64,000 bases of DNA, taken from contig NC_087437.1 in the NCBI RefSeq assembly GCF_036321535.1, positions 112,718,001 to 112,782,000 of the forward strand, read 5' to 3'. The DNA comes from Camelus dromedarius (lineage: Eukaryota). The notes under the pieces are model-generated. The model searched no databases, had not been told where the DNA came from, and saw nothing but the letters and a program-made list of their open reading frames with translations. The position numbers were made by a program, and so were the translations under genes. Positions 1 to 11,600 of this stretch are shown piece after piece (position 1 is the first letter of the stretch; the number at the start of each line of letters is the position of its first letter).

Positions 1-268
1 ACATGTGCTATAAATAAGAGCATGAAAGAGAGAAGGCGCAGATGTGCAATCAGACAGTTGATGTGGCCCATCTTCCTCATCTAGGTCCTTTGAGCTTTTT
101 TGCTATTACAGCCTTAAGAAATTACAGGCTGGGAGAGTCACTGCTGTGCTGAGGGGTCTGTGTGTCTGTGCTCAGCTGCCAGTGGGCTTACCTGGCAAGG
201 AAAAGTGGATTTTCAGGTAGTCACGGCTTCTAGGCTCAGATATTGGACCTCCCAGGTCAAATCTCTGT

Positions 269-548
269 GGGTTTGGTTTGTTTGTTTGTTTTCTTTTTAG
301 ATTTGTTTTGTTTTGTTTTGGGGCTTGGGCGGGGTGTAGTTAGGTTGATTGGTTGATTGATTGATTGAAGAGGTACTGGGGACTGAACCCAGGACCATGT
401 GCACGCTAAGCATGTGCTCTAGCGCTTGAGCTATATCCGCTCCCCTGCTTTTTTGTTGTTGTTTTTTGTATTTTAAAAAAAAATTTAAATGGAGGTCCTG
501 GGGATTGAACCCAGGACCTTGTGCATGCTAAGCATGCGCTCTCCCCCC
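269..548 (-). mobile_element. Two tandem tRNA-derived SINEs (vic-1-like, camelid type) inside one target-site duplication
   Basis: The reverse complement reads GGGGAGCGGATATAGCTCAAG..AGAGCACATGCTTAGC..GTCCTGGGTTCAGTCCCCAG (Pol III A/B boxes) with an A-rich tail. A second head lies at 489-548. TCAAATCTCTGT is repeated at 257-268 and 549-560. Confidence 0.85.
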
Positions 549-2067
549 TCAAATCTCTGTTTTAACTATGAGTGTGCTCCATTTTGAATTCTCATTCCAA
601 AGGGTCCAGAGGGGCTTAACTTTGCACTGAAACCAACAAGCTGCTCAGGGACATAAAAGACAGAAAAGAGTGTTGGGCTGGTTGCTGGCCACACAGCCAG
701 GTCCTTTGAGGAGCAGGAACATTGGCGGCCAAATAGGGGCTAATTTGGACCTTCTCCAGACCAAAAACTCTCGGAGTGTAGAGCTAGTCCTTGGCATGTT
801 GGGGGAATTCTCATCCCCAGCACAGACTTCCCAGCTCAAGCTCTCTGTAGAGCCCAGGTATGTGTGAGCTGGGCTCTTTCTTGCTTCCACTGAGCTCTGG
901 AAGCATCTGGCAGGGCTGGGCTGCACCGATGGCCTGGTGCTCCTAGCATGGTGGCCACTGATTTCAGAGCAGGGTCCTAAGAGGCTAATGTGCCTCTTAG
1001 AGAAGCAGGAAGTACTGTCAGAACGTGGGCCTTTTCTTCTTTCCTTCCATCTGTCTTTACTTCATTCCTTCTTCCTTCATTTCTTTGTTTCAAGAATGAC
1101 CATGATGGGGAAAGCGTGTCGAGGAACAGAACAGTGTGTTGTTCTGTATTGCTTCTAGACGTGCAGAAGGCAGTCGCTGCAGATACGCCAGAATTCGGTC
1201 AGAGAAGGATTTTGTCCTTTCCTAGTCGACCTCTTGTGCCAGTAGAAATGGACTTTTCCAAGCCTGGTCGTGGTGCTGATGGAATTTTTCCCATGAGACA
1301 CTTTTAACATTCAGGAAAAGTACAGAGCTATTTATTTTTTCTTGGGCTGAATTGTTATTTCCCGTAAAATGCCTCTCTTAACTTCAGGATCCTCCTTTAA
1401 CTTGAAATAAGGAGAAGTAAACTTGGATTGACACGATTTCCTACCTGCCGTTCAGGGACCACCCTCAGAGTGTGAGCTGCCAAGAAAATGGTCTTGTGGG
1501 TAAAAGAGAGAGTCTGAAGAAAGTCATAACACACCAGTTGGCTAGGAAAGCAGCTCCCAACAGTTTCTGAAGAAAATAGAATTTCTTTCTCCTGTCCTTG
1601 GCAGGTGGAAAAGCTTCACTTGATTTCCTTTATCCACTCAACCATCCCTGAGTGGACTGTGTGCTAAGCACCGTGGGAGGGCAGAGGGCAGGGTGATGAA
1701 TGAGGCCCAGCTGTTGGCATTGGGGTGGCCACAGGAATGGTGGGAGGGCTGGGATGGAAGGTGTGGGACCTGGGGCAAAGGGTGGGGAGTTTATGGAAGC
1801 AAGTAGGTAAGTTCTGAGAGATGAGGGAGGCCTGGAGCAGATTGGGCAGAACCAAAAGACAAACTCAGCCCCTGAGTCCTGCATGTGCGTTGGAGGTCGG
1901 GAAATTGGGGAGTTTGGGATCGAGCCTTCTTCACTCAGTAGAAAACCAGCCCCGCCCCTGGCTTTGATGATGTTGCCCTGTGAACCCAGGAGGTGGCTGT
2001 GCCTTCTTCTTAGGCTTTCCTGCTCCTGATCTAACAGTGCCCGGCCACGTTTGATCTTGTTTTCCAG

Positions 2068-2189
2068 AAATCGCCCAGGTGATTGCCTCCTACACCGCCA
2101 CTGGTCCCGAGCAGCTCACCCTGGCCCCTGGCCAGCTGATTTTGATCCGAAAAAAGAACCCAGGTGGATGGTGGGAAGGAGAGCTGCAA
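2068..2189 (+). CDS. ITSN1: ITSN1 coding exon (approx. exon 27), N-terminal part of SH3D
   Basis: tttccag|AA acceptor, CAA|gttagt donor. 122 nt, phase 1>0. Translates (E)[40 protein letters not shown], matching intersectin-1 SH3D. Upstream exons lie outside the window. Confidence 0.97.
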
Positions 2190-4085
2190 GTTAGTATCTT
2201 TTCCTTTTGTTTAAAATTTTCTGTCCAGATTTGAATATGCAAGATCTCAAAGGGATGCTGTTTTCATTGCAAAGTATAAATAAACCGGCACTGCCTGAAT
2301 CCTGCATTCGTGTAACGAGAGACGCCACGTTTTCTGAATCCATTTGGTTCCTAAGCTTCAGGCAACCAGTGAGAGAATTGTGAGAGCTAAGGAGTCTTCT
2401 GATTTGTCCAAATCTGTCAGATTCCTGAGTTCAGCCAGTGAGTGTTGGGATGGTGAGAATTGGTGATGCGGGATGGAGTCATCCTTAAGTGTCAGCGTTA
2501 CAGAAGCAGGGCTGTGTTATCAGTGGTGTCCTAAGGTGCGGTGCATTCAAAGCCCCATTTGTACATCACGACAACTTTAGTTCCTCAGTGCGTGTGTGTA
2601 TCCTCAGTTCTTGGTTCTATCAAAGCAGACTTTGGTCAAGAAGGGGAAGGTCTATGTTGTGGTGAAGTAAAGAAATACCTTTCTGTGCCTATAGGGCAGC
2701 TAATTAAAAACTAAAGTGCCAGGAGAGTGAAGAGTGAGCTGGTGGACCAAAGAAGTGCGTCTTGGCCGGAACAGAAGGCGTGGCCCGGAGTAGCCAGATG
2801 CCAGACTCCCCCTGTGAGCTTGCTGCTGGGAAGCCACAAAAATCCCACTCAGCAGGGCGAACAAGATATACTTTAAGGGCTCAGAGATCTGAGCATTGGA
2901 GTCCTGGGATCCACTCCCCTATTTAATGTGTCTCTTTCCTCACTGGGTGGGGAAAGACCTTCCTCAGATGATGGATTGCATTTCCTGTAAAGCATCATTG
3001 CTTTGTTGGCCTTTCCGTCCATATGTGACCCATCCCTGTTCTGAAGACTTGAGCGGTCACCCTGCCCCGCTCCTCAGCCGGCCAGCAAAGGCTTCCCACA
3101 GGTGCCCTCTTCCCTTTTCAGCCAAATGTCTCACCAGTCTTGCCTCTCACAGCGACACCTCCACTCCAGCCTCATTCAGGGATTAGCTCTTGAAAACAAA
3201 CAACCACCCTCAGACTCTGATGCCTCACTGCCTTTGCCCATAGCATCTCCCCACGTGGTCATCTCCACCACCTCTTCCCCACCCCATTCCTCAAGAGCTG
3301 GCCAAGTCCCACTTCTTCCAGAAGCTTTCTGTGACTACCCACCGGAAGCGATGTCTGTCCCGAGAACTGTGCAGCCCCGATGCTGGTACCACTCTTGGTG
3401 TTTAATATTGATGCTGGTGTTATTAGTTAGCTTTCCATGAATATTTCATATTTCCTCATGTAGGTTATCAGCTCTTTGAAGGCAGAAACTGTATTTTTTT
3501 CATCCTCACACTCCTGGTACCTTGATCAAAAGAGAGTTTTGGGTGGTTCTTGCAATCCACAATAAAATAGGTGAAATTCCATGTCCAGGAGGGCATCTGG
3601 TGCTTTGACTAGACTTTCGTGTGGATGCACAAATGAAGAACTTGCCAGTGAGCTCTGTGTTGTGCCTTTGTGAAGCTGCAGGGATGGGGGAAATAGTGGA
3701 GTCATTGTGAGCCACGTGGCAGTATATGCTCAGTAGACAAACATGGGGGAGCTTTTAAATGAGTGGCTTCAACCACTGGTGATTCACTGTGAAAACAAAA
3801 GCTTTAGTCCTTGAGCCAAGGGCATGAAGTCTATCAGAAGTTAAATTTGATCAGCCTTCTAAAAGCAACCCAGAAGTATCCTTCTTGATCAATTGGCAGG
3901 TGAGAGGGCAGAGGCAAGATGGTGGAACTTTCCTTTTCTTTGAATTTTATTTCCTTATTTTGGGAATAGGTAATATATTTCACATGGTTACAAATTCAAA
4001 AATTACAAAAGGTAATTCAAATGTCTCCCTCCCTACCCTGTCCCCTAAAGGCAAACTGTTTTTATCAGAGCCTTGCTTCTAGAGA

Positions 4086-4141
4086 TGTGTATGTGTGTGT
4101 GTGTGTGTGTGTGTGCGCACGCACGCATGTGTGTGTGCATG
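4086..4141 (+). repeat. (TG)n microsatellite
   Basis: TG dinucleotide run with GC/CA interruptions. Confidence 0.9.
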
Positions 4142-4846
4142 TTGTCAGTTGTCCTGAGTTCTGCTCCTGGTGGTGTGCAGAAGGGCGGCCATAGCCCTTC
4201 TCATCATCCCTAACTAGAGTTTTCATCTCACAGAATTGTGTCAGGATTGCGACAGCTTTATTGTAAGTTCCTCCATGTCATAGTCTGTCCCTTTCCAACA
4301 ACTCCCAGCATGTAAACACTCAATACATGGATTTTACGTCAAATTAGATTAAAATGAAGGAGAAAGGAGTGGCAGTGGAAAATGTGGTTGTATCCATCAC
4401 ACAGGCCTGATGGATTTTGAAAACACTGTCAAGTTCAGACTCCCTGTGTCCTACATATATTGCACATACGATACCTTGTATATATACGGTTATCTATTAC
4501 CCGTAAGAAGATCGCAGGCATGAGTGTGAATTAACAGCTGAGAGTGAGCATCTCCTGAGCAGAGTTTTCTGTCCTACACACTACATTGTACTCTGAATGT
4601 TAGCCATACAACCCAGCCCTTGCAAGAACATTCCAGGCTTTGCTGACCATTGGCCGCCACAATTTGAATTTTAGCTGCCGTGGTTTTGTTTTGTGATACA
4701 GTAATCCACAGATTCTACTATTGATGCCATTTGTTTTGTGTATGTAAGCTGTGTCTAAGTGCAGCGTGTTTGGAAGCAAACTATAATAAGAAAAAAACCC
4801 ACAAACTTTGTAAACATTTTAATATAAGAAAATTTTTTTTTATTAG

Positions 4847-4964
4847 GCACGTGGGAAAAAGCGCCAGATAGGCTGGTTCCCTGCTAATTATGTCAAACTT
4901 TTAAGCCCGGGGACAAGCAAAATCACTCCAACAGAGCCAGCTAAGCCGACAGCATTCCCGGCAG
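4847..4964 (+). CDS. ITSN1: ITSN1 coding exon (approx. exon 28), C-terminal part of SH3D plus linker
   Basis: ttttattag|GCA acceptor, G|gtaagc donor. 118 nt, phase 0>1. [39 protein letters not shown]. Confidence 0.97.
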
Positions 4965-6419
4965 GTAAGCAGTTTACGCTGTCTCCTCGGAAAATGGTCT
5001 GCGTGTCGTGTTAGTCTTTCCACTCAATTTTCTCATGAAGTAGCTTCAATTGTCTTTCACATCGGCTGTGAGCACTTCTTGTACTTGGTGGGACTGACAC
5101 CCAGCTAATGTGATATGGAATATGTTTTTCAAAAGGACCAAATATCTAAGCGGCTTTGCTCCTCTGGGTACAACAGAGCCCTTGTGGAGCCGGCTTCCTC
5201 GAGGGGCCATGAATGCTGTGGCATTGAAGCCGGATTTTTCTCTTGATTTCCTTCCAGCTATTTAAATTGGGATTTGGGCTGGGGGGTGAGGGGGACAAAA
5301 AGGGCCTCCTAAAAATAAATGGCTGGGGTCTAAATAGGTCAGGAGATTGAGCTGGAAGGCCACGGGGGTCTGCTGGCTGTAATGTGCTGCTCACTGAAGA
5401 CTGAAATAGCTCTCCTGTGACATTTCCTGTGAACAGAGGGGCTTCGCTTAACAGGCAGGATGTTATCCACACTCCCCTAAAGGACTAAAAAAAGGAACAG
5501 AGGGCGCTGCAGCTGAGGGTGTTGGCTAGTTTCTGATTAAAGAGAGCAAATTAGATGCTTTGGTAATATTTAAGATGAGTGAGGTTAAGGGGGCAGACTT
5601 GTGCTTTAGGTCTTCAAGCCATCAATTCTTGGGTGGCATTTGTGGAAAATGCAGAATTTTTGTTCCAGTGCCTTGTGGTTAAATGTCTCTGCTGTACATC
5701 TCCATTGAGATCAGAGTGAAACCTGGCAGCCTTTGCAAGAAGTGAAAGGATTGGCAGACTCTGTGGCTGATTCCCGACCCCATCTGGGCCCCTTTGCTAA
5801 ACGTGGCTTCATGTGGGTGGACGGGTGTGGTCCCGGCTGGAACTCCTCTCCTTTGGGGACTCCTGTGGGGTCCCCTTCATCAGGTTGGTTGAAACCCACA
5901 GAAATAGTTTGCCAAAGTGACTGAATTAGCTGGCGGATCTTTAAAGCCTAAGCCTATATATGGGTTGGTTAGGAAAGATCAGCTGGGGGCGCAACCTCAC
6001 TAGGCAGACTTTTGTGAAGTGTAAAAATGTCAGGGAACGAAAATGGCATAACCTCCTATAGGTTTGAGGGAAAATGAGAAAAGAAAAATGATTCTTGAAT
6101 GTGGAAATTTCTTTCTTTGAGACATGAAGATACAACAGAATAAAACACCGATTTTACTTTTCACTAAGAGCTGAACGTTTTGAAGGTCAAATGATAATTA
6201 CCTTCCACTTAAAAAAAGAGTGAGCTACAGTGAAGTCCCCAGGATACACAGCTGGGCCAGTGGTCAGAGTCAGCGTTTTGAAGGAATTCCACTGCACTCA
6301 CATAGGAAGGAGTCCATGGAAGCTTTCAGTTGTCACTGTGCATTTTCCGCTGACAAGTAAACATGAACGAAAGAGGAAGATATTAGAGAAACGAAAGCTT
6401 TGTTCAGCCCTCCATCTTC

Positions 6420-6760
6420 CTCCGCTGCCCACGCGGCTCAAAGCCCATCAGAGCCCTCCGCGCGGTTAGGTCCTCTCCGGAAAGGGCGCGGGCGTCCCTC
6501 GGCCCCCGCGGCCGCCGCTCACCGGCCTGTCTCCCGCAGTGTGCCAGGTGATCGGGATGTACGACTACACCGCGCAGAACGACGACGAGCTGGCCTTCAA
6601 CAAGGGCCAGATCATCAACGTCCTCAACAAGGAGGACCCCGACTGGTGGAAGGGAGAAGTCCACGGCCAGGTGGGGCTCTTCCCGTCCAACTACGTGAAG
6701 CTGACCACCGACACGGACCCCAGCCAGCAATGTAAGTACCCCCGCGGCGCGGTTGCCTCT
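6420..6760. promoter_or_regulatory. Small intragenic CpG-rich island over the SH3E exon
   Basis: Dense CpG (e.g. CCGCGCGG, GGGCGCGGGCG, CCCGCGGCCGCCGC) in otherwise CpG-depleted flanks. Confidence 0.55.
6540..6731 (+). CDS. ITSN1: ITSN1 coding exon (approx. exon 29), SH3E; last exon shared by short and long isoforms
   Basis: ctcccgcag|TG acceptor, CAAT|gtaagt donor. 192 nt, phase 1>1. (V)[63 protein letters not shown] plus one T. Confidence 0.98.
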
Positions 6761-7445
6761 CCTCTCTGGTGTCTCACGGTGAAACATGCAGCATTGCTCT
6801 GATTCTGCTGAGCTGTGTTTGCAGAACTTAAAGCTAGACCATTGCTGCATTCGCAACAGTCTCTTTGAAGACCTTCTGTAATGCAAGACTTTTATCTCGT
6901 GGGGTTTTTGGTTTTTTTTGGTTTTTGTTTTTATAATCATTCCTTCTGTAGCATGACCCCTCCCGCCCCTCCCCCTTTTCCTTTTTTTTTTCTTTTTAAT
7001 CATTTTGGCACCATGCTGTTTACATGCCTGACTCATTTTCCTAGCTTGAATTTTGCTCATTGTTTTGTTTTGCTTATGTGTTGTTTTCCTCCTTTTTCTA
7101 GGAATCATATGTTGTCCATCCCCCCCTCAGGCTTGAAAGTCCTCAAAGAGACCCACTATCCCATATCACTGCCCAGAGGGATGCTGGGAGATGCAGCCTT
7201 GATCATGTGACTTCCAGCATGATCACCTACTGCCTTCTGAGTAGAAGAACTCACTGCAGAGCAGTTTACCTCATTTTACTTTAGTTGCATGTGATGGCAA
7301 TGTCGAGTTATTACTTGCAGATATAGAAGCAAAAATTACAAAAATACACAGGGTAGTGGGTCCTTTTGTGGCTTTCCTAGTGACTCAAATTGACTTCCCC
7401 CCACCTTTGCACAGGTGCTTTCAATAGTTTTCCAAATTATTTTTA

Positions 7446-7493
7446 AATAAATATCTTAGCCTTTTAATAACAATAAATAAATACATAAATAAA
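7446..7493 (+). terminator. Proximal polyadenylation signal cluster of ITSN1-S
   Basis: AATAAA at 7446, 7472, 7476 and 7488, followed by a U/GU-rich stretch (7497-7520). ATTAAA also at 7555. Confidence 0.6.
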
Positions 7494-8297
7494 TTACTTC
7501 TTTGCTATTTTGGTTTTGCAAAAAGACCCACTATCAAGGAATGCTGCATGTGCTATTAAAAAAAATGTTCCAAATGTCCATAAATCTGAGACTTGATGTA
7601 TTTTTTTTTTTTCATTTTGTCCAGTGTTACCAACTAAATTGTGTAGTTTGGGTTTTCACCCCCTACTGTAGAAGCTCAGAGGAATTCAGTAGATCTGTTT
7701 TAAAGACGTGTAGAATGAGGCCAATTAAACAGAAGGTGTTTTGTGCTTGTTTGTGTGTATCAGATGTACCTTGTTGAACATGTAATAATACATCCTGTAC
7801 ATAAGAAATTAGTTCCTTCCATGGCAAAAGCTACTACCTTGTATGATGCTCTGATCATATTGCATTAATTTTATTTTGCACAGTGACCTTGTAGCCACAT
7901 GAGAAAGCACCTGTGTTTTTGTTCGGTCTCAGATTTATCCGGTTGAGTTCTGGTGTTTCCTGTTTTGGGTTTTTAATTTTGTGTGTTTTCATACCATAAA
8001 TCAGTAGACAACACCATGGAGGTTGCCATGATCAACGATACCTGCAATCTCTTCTGAGTCTCTGTTACATGAAGTTTTATTCCAGTTACTTTTCATGGAA
8101 TGACATATTTTGAACAAGTAATTTTGACAAGAAAGAATGTATAGTTTCCCTGCAATTAATTTCCAATGTTTACATTTTTTAACTAGACTGTGGAATTTCT
8201 ACAGATTAATATGAATTGGAGCTCATGGTCTGTTGATGTGTTGGATGTGTTGTAGCTGAAGCCATGTTTGTCTTTTAAACACTAGTTGGAAGCTCTC

Positions 8298-8303
8298 AAT
8301 AAA
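8298..8303 (+). terminator. Distal polyadenylation signal of ITSN1-S
   Basis: AATAAA at the end of the AU-rich UTR block. Composition shifts to GC/G-run-rich sequence about 25 nt downstream. Confidence 0.65.
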
Positions 8304-9898
8304 AACGCCGTTGCCAACAGCACAGACAGCGGGGTGGGGTGGGCAGGAGAGGGGCGCCTCGAGTACCATCTACCAGTTCTACTAATGACTTTTTAACAGT
8401 AGTGGTCTGTTTTTGTCTCTCCCCTTGGGGATTCCGTGCTGGCGATTGTGCAGAGGTCCTTCTCCGCTCACACGGTGCAGGGAACGGGGTCTTCTTGTTC
8501 CCTGGCACTTCAGTATTTTCATGAACATGAATGTAAAATATATAAATATATAAACCTGCAGCTTTAACAACTGTAATACAACCTTTTGAATTAGTTATGT
8601 GTATAGATAATTAAATTCTTCATATAAAAGTTAGACGGAAATGTCTCTGTGTTCTTGATGTTGGCACCTGGCAGTGGTGACGGGGAACCAGACTAGACGT
8701 CAGCCTGTGACCTGCCGCCCACGTGTCCATTGTGATACCGACACCGTGAGCGCCTGCGTCTTTGAAACGCACCCCCTCCCATGCCCCTATCAGTATGCAG
8801 ACAGTTACCCCTCATAATACTGGTTTTGAAGGATAGAACTACCACCCAGCTTAGCAACTATCTCATCAGGCTTTCGGTAAATTCTATGGACACGTTGGCA
8901 GGTGTGCAGTGTGATTCAGAGTACAAAACATTTTTCCAAAAAATGTATCACAATAAGAGTCTATTGAACATGCGAAAAATACGTGAGTAAATATGGCATC
9001 TCTCCCATGCCGTGGTCCGCCATCTGTTTCTGTCTTGCACACTCCAGCCTTATGGCCTTTGCTGAAATAAACCTGTGTACCTGTTGATGGAACTTTTGGC
9101 TACGATGGCCACATGCTTGATTCCGTTCATGAACTTTGCTTATTGGTCCTCCCCTGCCATTCAGCTGAAAAGTGATTTCCTTCGTCAACTCAGCAGATAT
9201 TTGAGGGGAGAGAGCCACCGGGTGTGGACGCCTCTCTGGGTTCTGGGGAGAGTGTGCTGCTCCGTCAGTAGAGTCAGGGTCCCCGTCCTCGTGGAGTCCA
9301 TGTGCTAATGGGAGGAACAAGCAGAAAACCAAACAACTGCATAAATTTGTGTACCTGAATATATGTGGTGGGGGGTGTGATCAGCTGATACATTCTGTGT
9401 GAGGGCAGATATGAATGCCAGGTGGCACTGAGCGCGATGCCCAGAGCCCTTGGGGCGGGGAGGGCGTCCGCGGGGAGAGAGCAGAGAAGCCTTCCAGGAG
9501 AAAGGGATGTTGAAGCGGAGACCTGAAGGGTGAGGAGGAGCCAGATGAGGCCACAGTGAGAAATGGCTGTTTTAGGCAGAGATGTCACACAGAGGCCCGG
9601 AGGCAGGTGGAGAGATCCCCGTCACTGTCCCCCAGCCTGCCCCCTGGTGTAGCAAGCCCCGTCTCTTGGCCAGAGCCCCTTCACCTGTGTAAGTCGGCAT
9701 TTCTTCTCCAGCTTGCATTTGGCAGGCAGGGAGGCCGTTATCCAGGTGAACGTCACCCTCTGTAACTTCCTCTCCAGTGCCCTCTCGTAGGTTGTCCCTC
9801 TAGGCTATCTTCTGGATTTGCGAATCTGACGCAGGAAATTGCTGTTTCCCCTCACAGATCATTCAGTTTGCATTTAGTTGTAGAGTATCCAGCTGACC

Positions 9899-10039
9899 CC
9901 ATGCTTCTCAACCAGAGGGAGGACTGCGGCACCCCGTGGGGAGGGGATGGGGAGTCTGCTGAACACCCTACGATGCACAGGACAGTCCCCCACGATGAGC
10001 AGGCCCAGATGTCACCAGTACCATGGTTGAGAAACCCTG
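9899..10039 (+). mobile_element. MER20-like hAT-Charlie MITE (internally deleted)
   Basis: Termini ..CTTCTCAACC / GGTTGAGAAACCCTG. Internal GATGCACAGGACAGTCCCCCAC resembles the MER20 consensus as I recall it. Confidence 0.65.
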
Positions 10040-11539
10040 GCCTCATCCCGCTGGGTGCGTGGTTAATGTCCTCCTGTTCTGCTCTGTGCGAATACATTTG
10101 CAGCTGAACTTTGGGCACAGTTTTGCCCCACTGGTGCCTGGACAAGAACAGTAGAAACAAGAAGGCCTTCCTTTTGCAGTTTTGACTTGCTTTCCCGTGG
10201 CCGGCTGCCTCCGCCCTGCAAAACAGGACCCAGAGAGCTGACGGTGGCCAAGTGGCCTGGGCCCCAGACTGCCTCTGTGTAAAGCAGTGTTTGGGGGAAG
10301 CCGATGTAAAGCAAGGGTTCATTCCTCTGTGAAGTTCGAGTATTACACCATTGCACGTGCAGTGGACACTGGTGTACCCCCTGTCCTGGAAGGGAACTGG
10401 GCAGGCCCAGACTCCTACAGCAAAGGTGACTGGGCTCTCTGCGCCTTCTCTGATGCCATCACAACAGCCCGGTAACACCAGCCTAGGGAAACCCTCGAAG
10501 TGGTGGGTTTAGTCATATGAAATATTTTCTGTTATTCCTGTTTCTTACCTATAAAATGGCAATTTGATGTAGTTCAACTTAATACACTGTATGATCGCTG
10601 GACATGCAAGTAGGCTAGGTGCTCGCAAACTCCTGTTGCGTGGGTGGGTCCGAGGATTAGTGAACAAGAATACAGTGCTGACTTCCAGTTCTTGGCACGC
10701 AGCACATCACCCTCGGAGAGGAGACCAGCTGTCTCTGCAACTCCCTTCCCCTTTAGGTGTGAGCTTCCCAAAACCAACAGTCTCCTTGGAAGGGGCTGCT
10801 CCCAAAGTCTCTCGTTCATTGGTCTCTGCAGGAGGCTGAGGACCAGGGATGCCAGGCGGCTCCACCTGTGTCTGGGCCAGGTCCCTGTGCCAACCTGGGC
10901 GCTGGAAGCACCCGCCCAGATCTCAGCTGGGGAATGAGCCCAACAAATCAGTCACTCCTGCTTCCTGGCAGAGAGAAAATCTCTTCTAAGAGAAAGTGAA
11001 TATTCATTTTTTTCTTCTCACAAAATTGTAAGTTAATCCTATTCACTCTTTTTAGTTCCAAAAATACCCGAGAGGATTTTTATGGAAACTACATGGAATG
11101 CCAACAGTCCCGAAACTGCACAGAAAAATAGCCCTTTCTTCAAAATGTCTGATATTTTGGATCTGGTAGGATTGGGGAAACATAATAAAGTCAAGGATCA
11201 TGATAGCTTTATATGAATATTTCACTGTAGCCAGACTCCTTTTGGGCCTCTCTTTAATAAAACTCCACATATTTTAAAAAACAGACTTCTGAAATGCTTT
11301 CTGGAGTGTGGTGATTACTGATCAGAGGTCCCCATTGCCTCTCTGGGAGGTTCTGTTCTTTAAATTGGAAACTCCCTGCCATATTTAAATGATATAACTT
11401 GAGTCCTCAAAATGTCAGGTTTTGTTTGTAAAAATGAGTCAGCTCTAAAATTGTTGTGTCAATGCAACTTCCTGTTAAGTATTCTACCTCTTAGAAGCTG
11501 CCATGTTATTGTTTTATGTTGTTAACAGGCTGCGTAGGG

Positions 11540-11600
11540 GTGTGTGTGTGTGCGCGTGTGTGCATGTGTGTGCGAGAGAGACAGACATGGAGAGAGAGTG
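11540..11600 (+). repeat. (TG)n/(GA)n microsatellite
   Basis: TG run followed by GA-rich repeats. Confidence 0.8.

Larger units (their letters stand above)
7102..8325 (+). other. ITSN1: ITSN1 short-isoform (ITSN1-S) alternative terminal exon (approx. exon 30): 2 coding nt completing a TGA stop, then 3'UTR
   Basis: Long pyrimidine tract and cctttttctag|GA acceptor at 7100-7101. T(6731)+GA forms TGA, so the protein ends ...DPSQQ*, as known for ITSN1-S. AU-rich UTR with AATAAA signals. The 3' end is estimated from AATAAA 8298-8303. Confidence 0.88.

Noticed and set aside
6404..7108. 234-aa minus-strand ORF, the longest in the track
   Set aside because: Antisense shadow of the GC3-rich SH3E exon plus low-complexity U-tracts. 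High GC3 removes antisense stops, and there is no recognisable domain.
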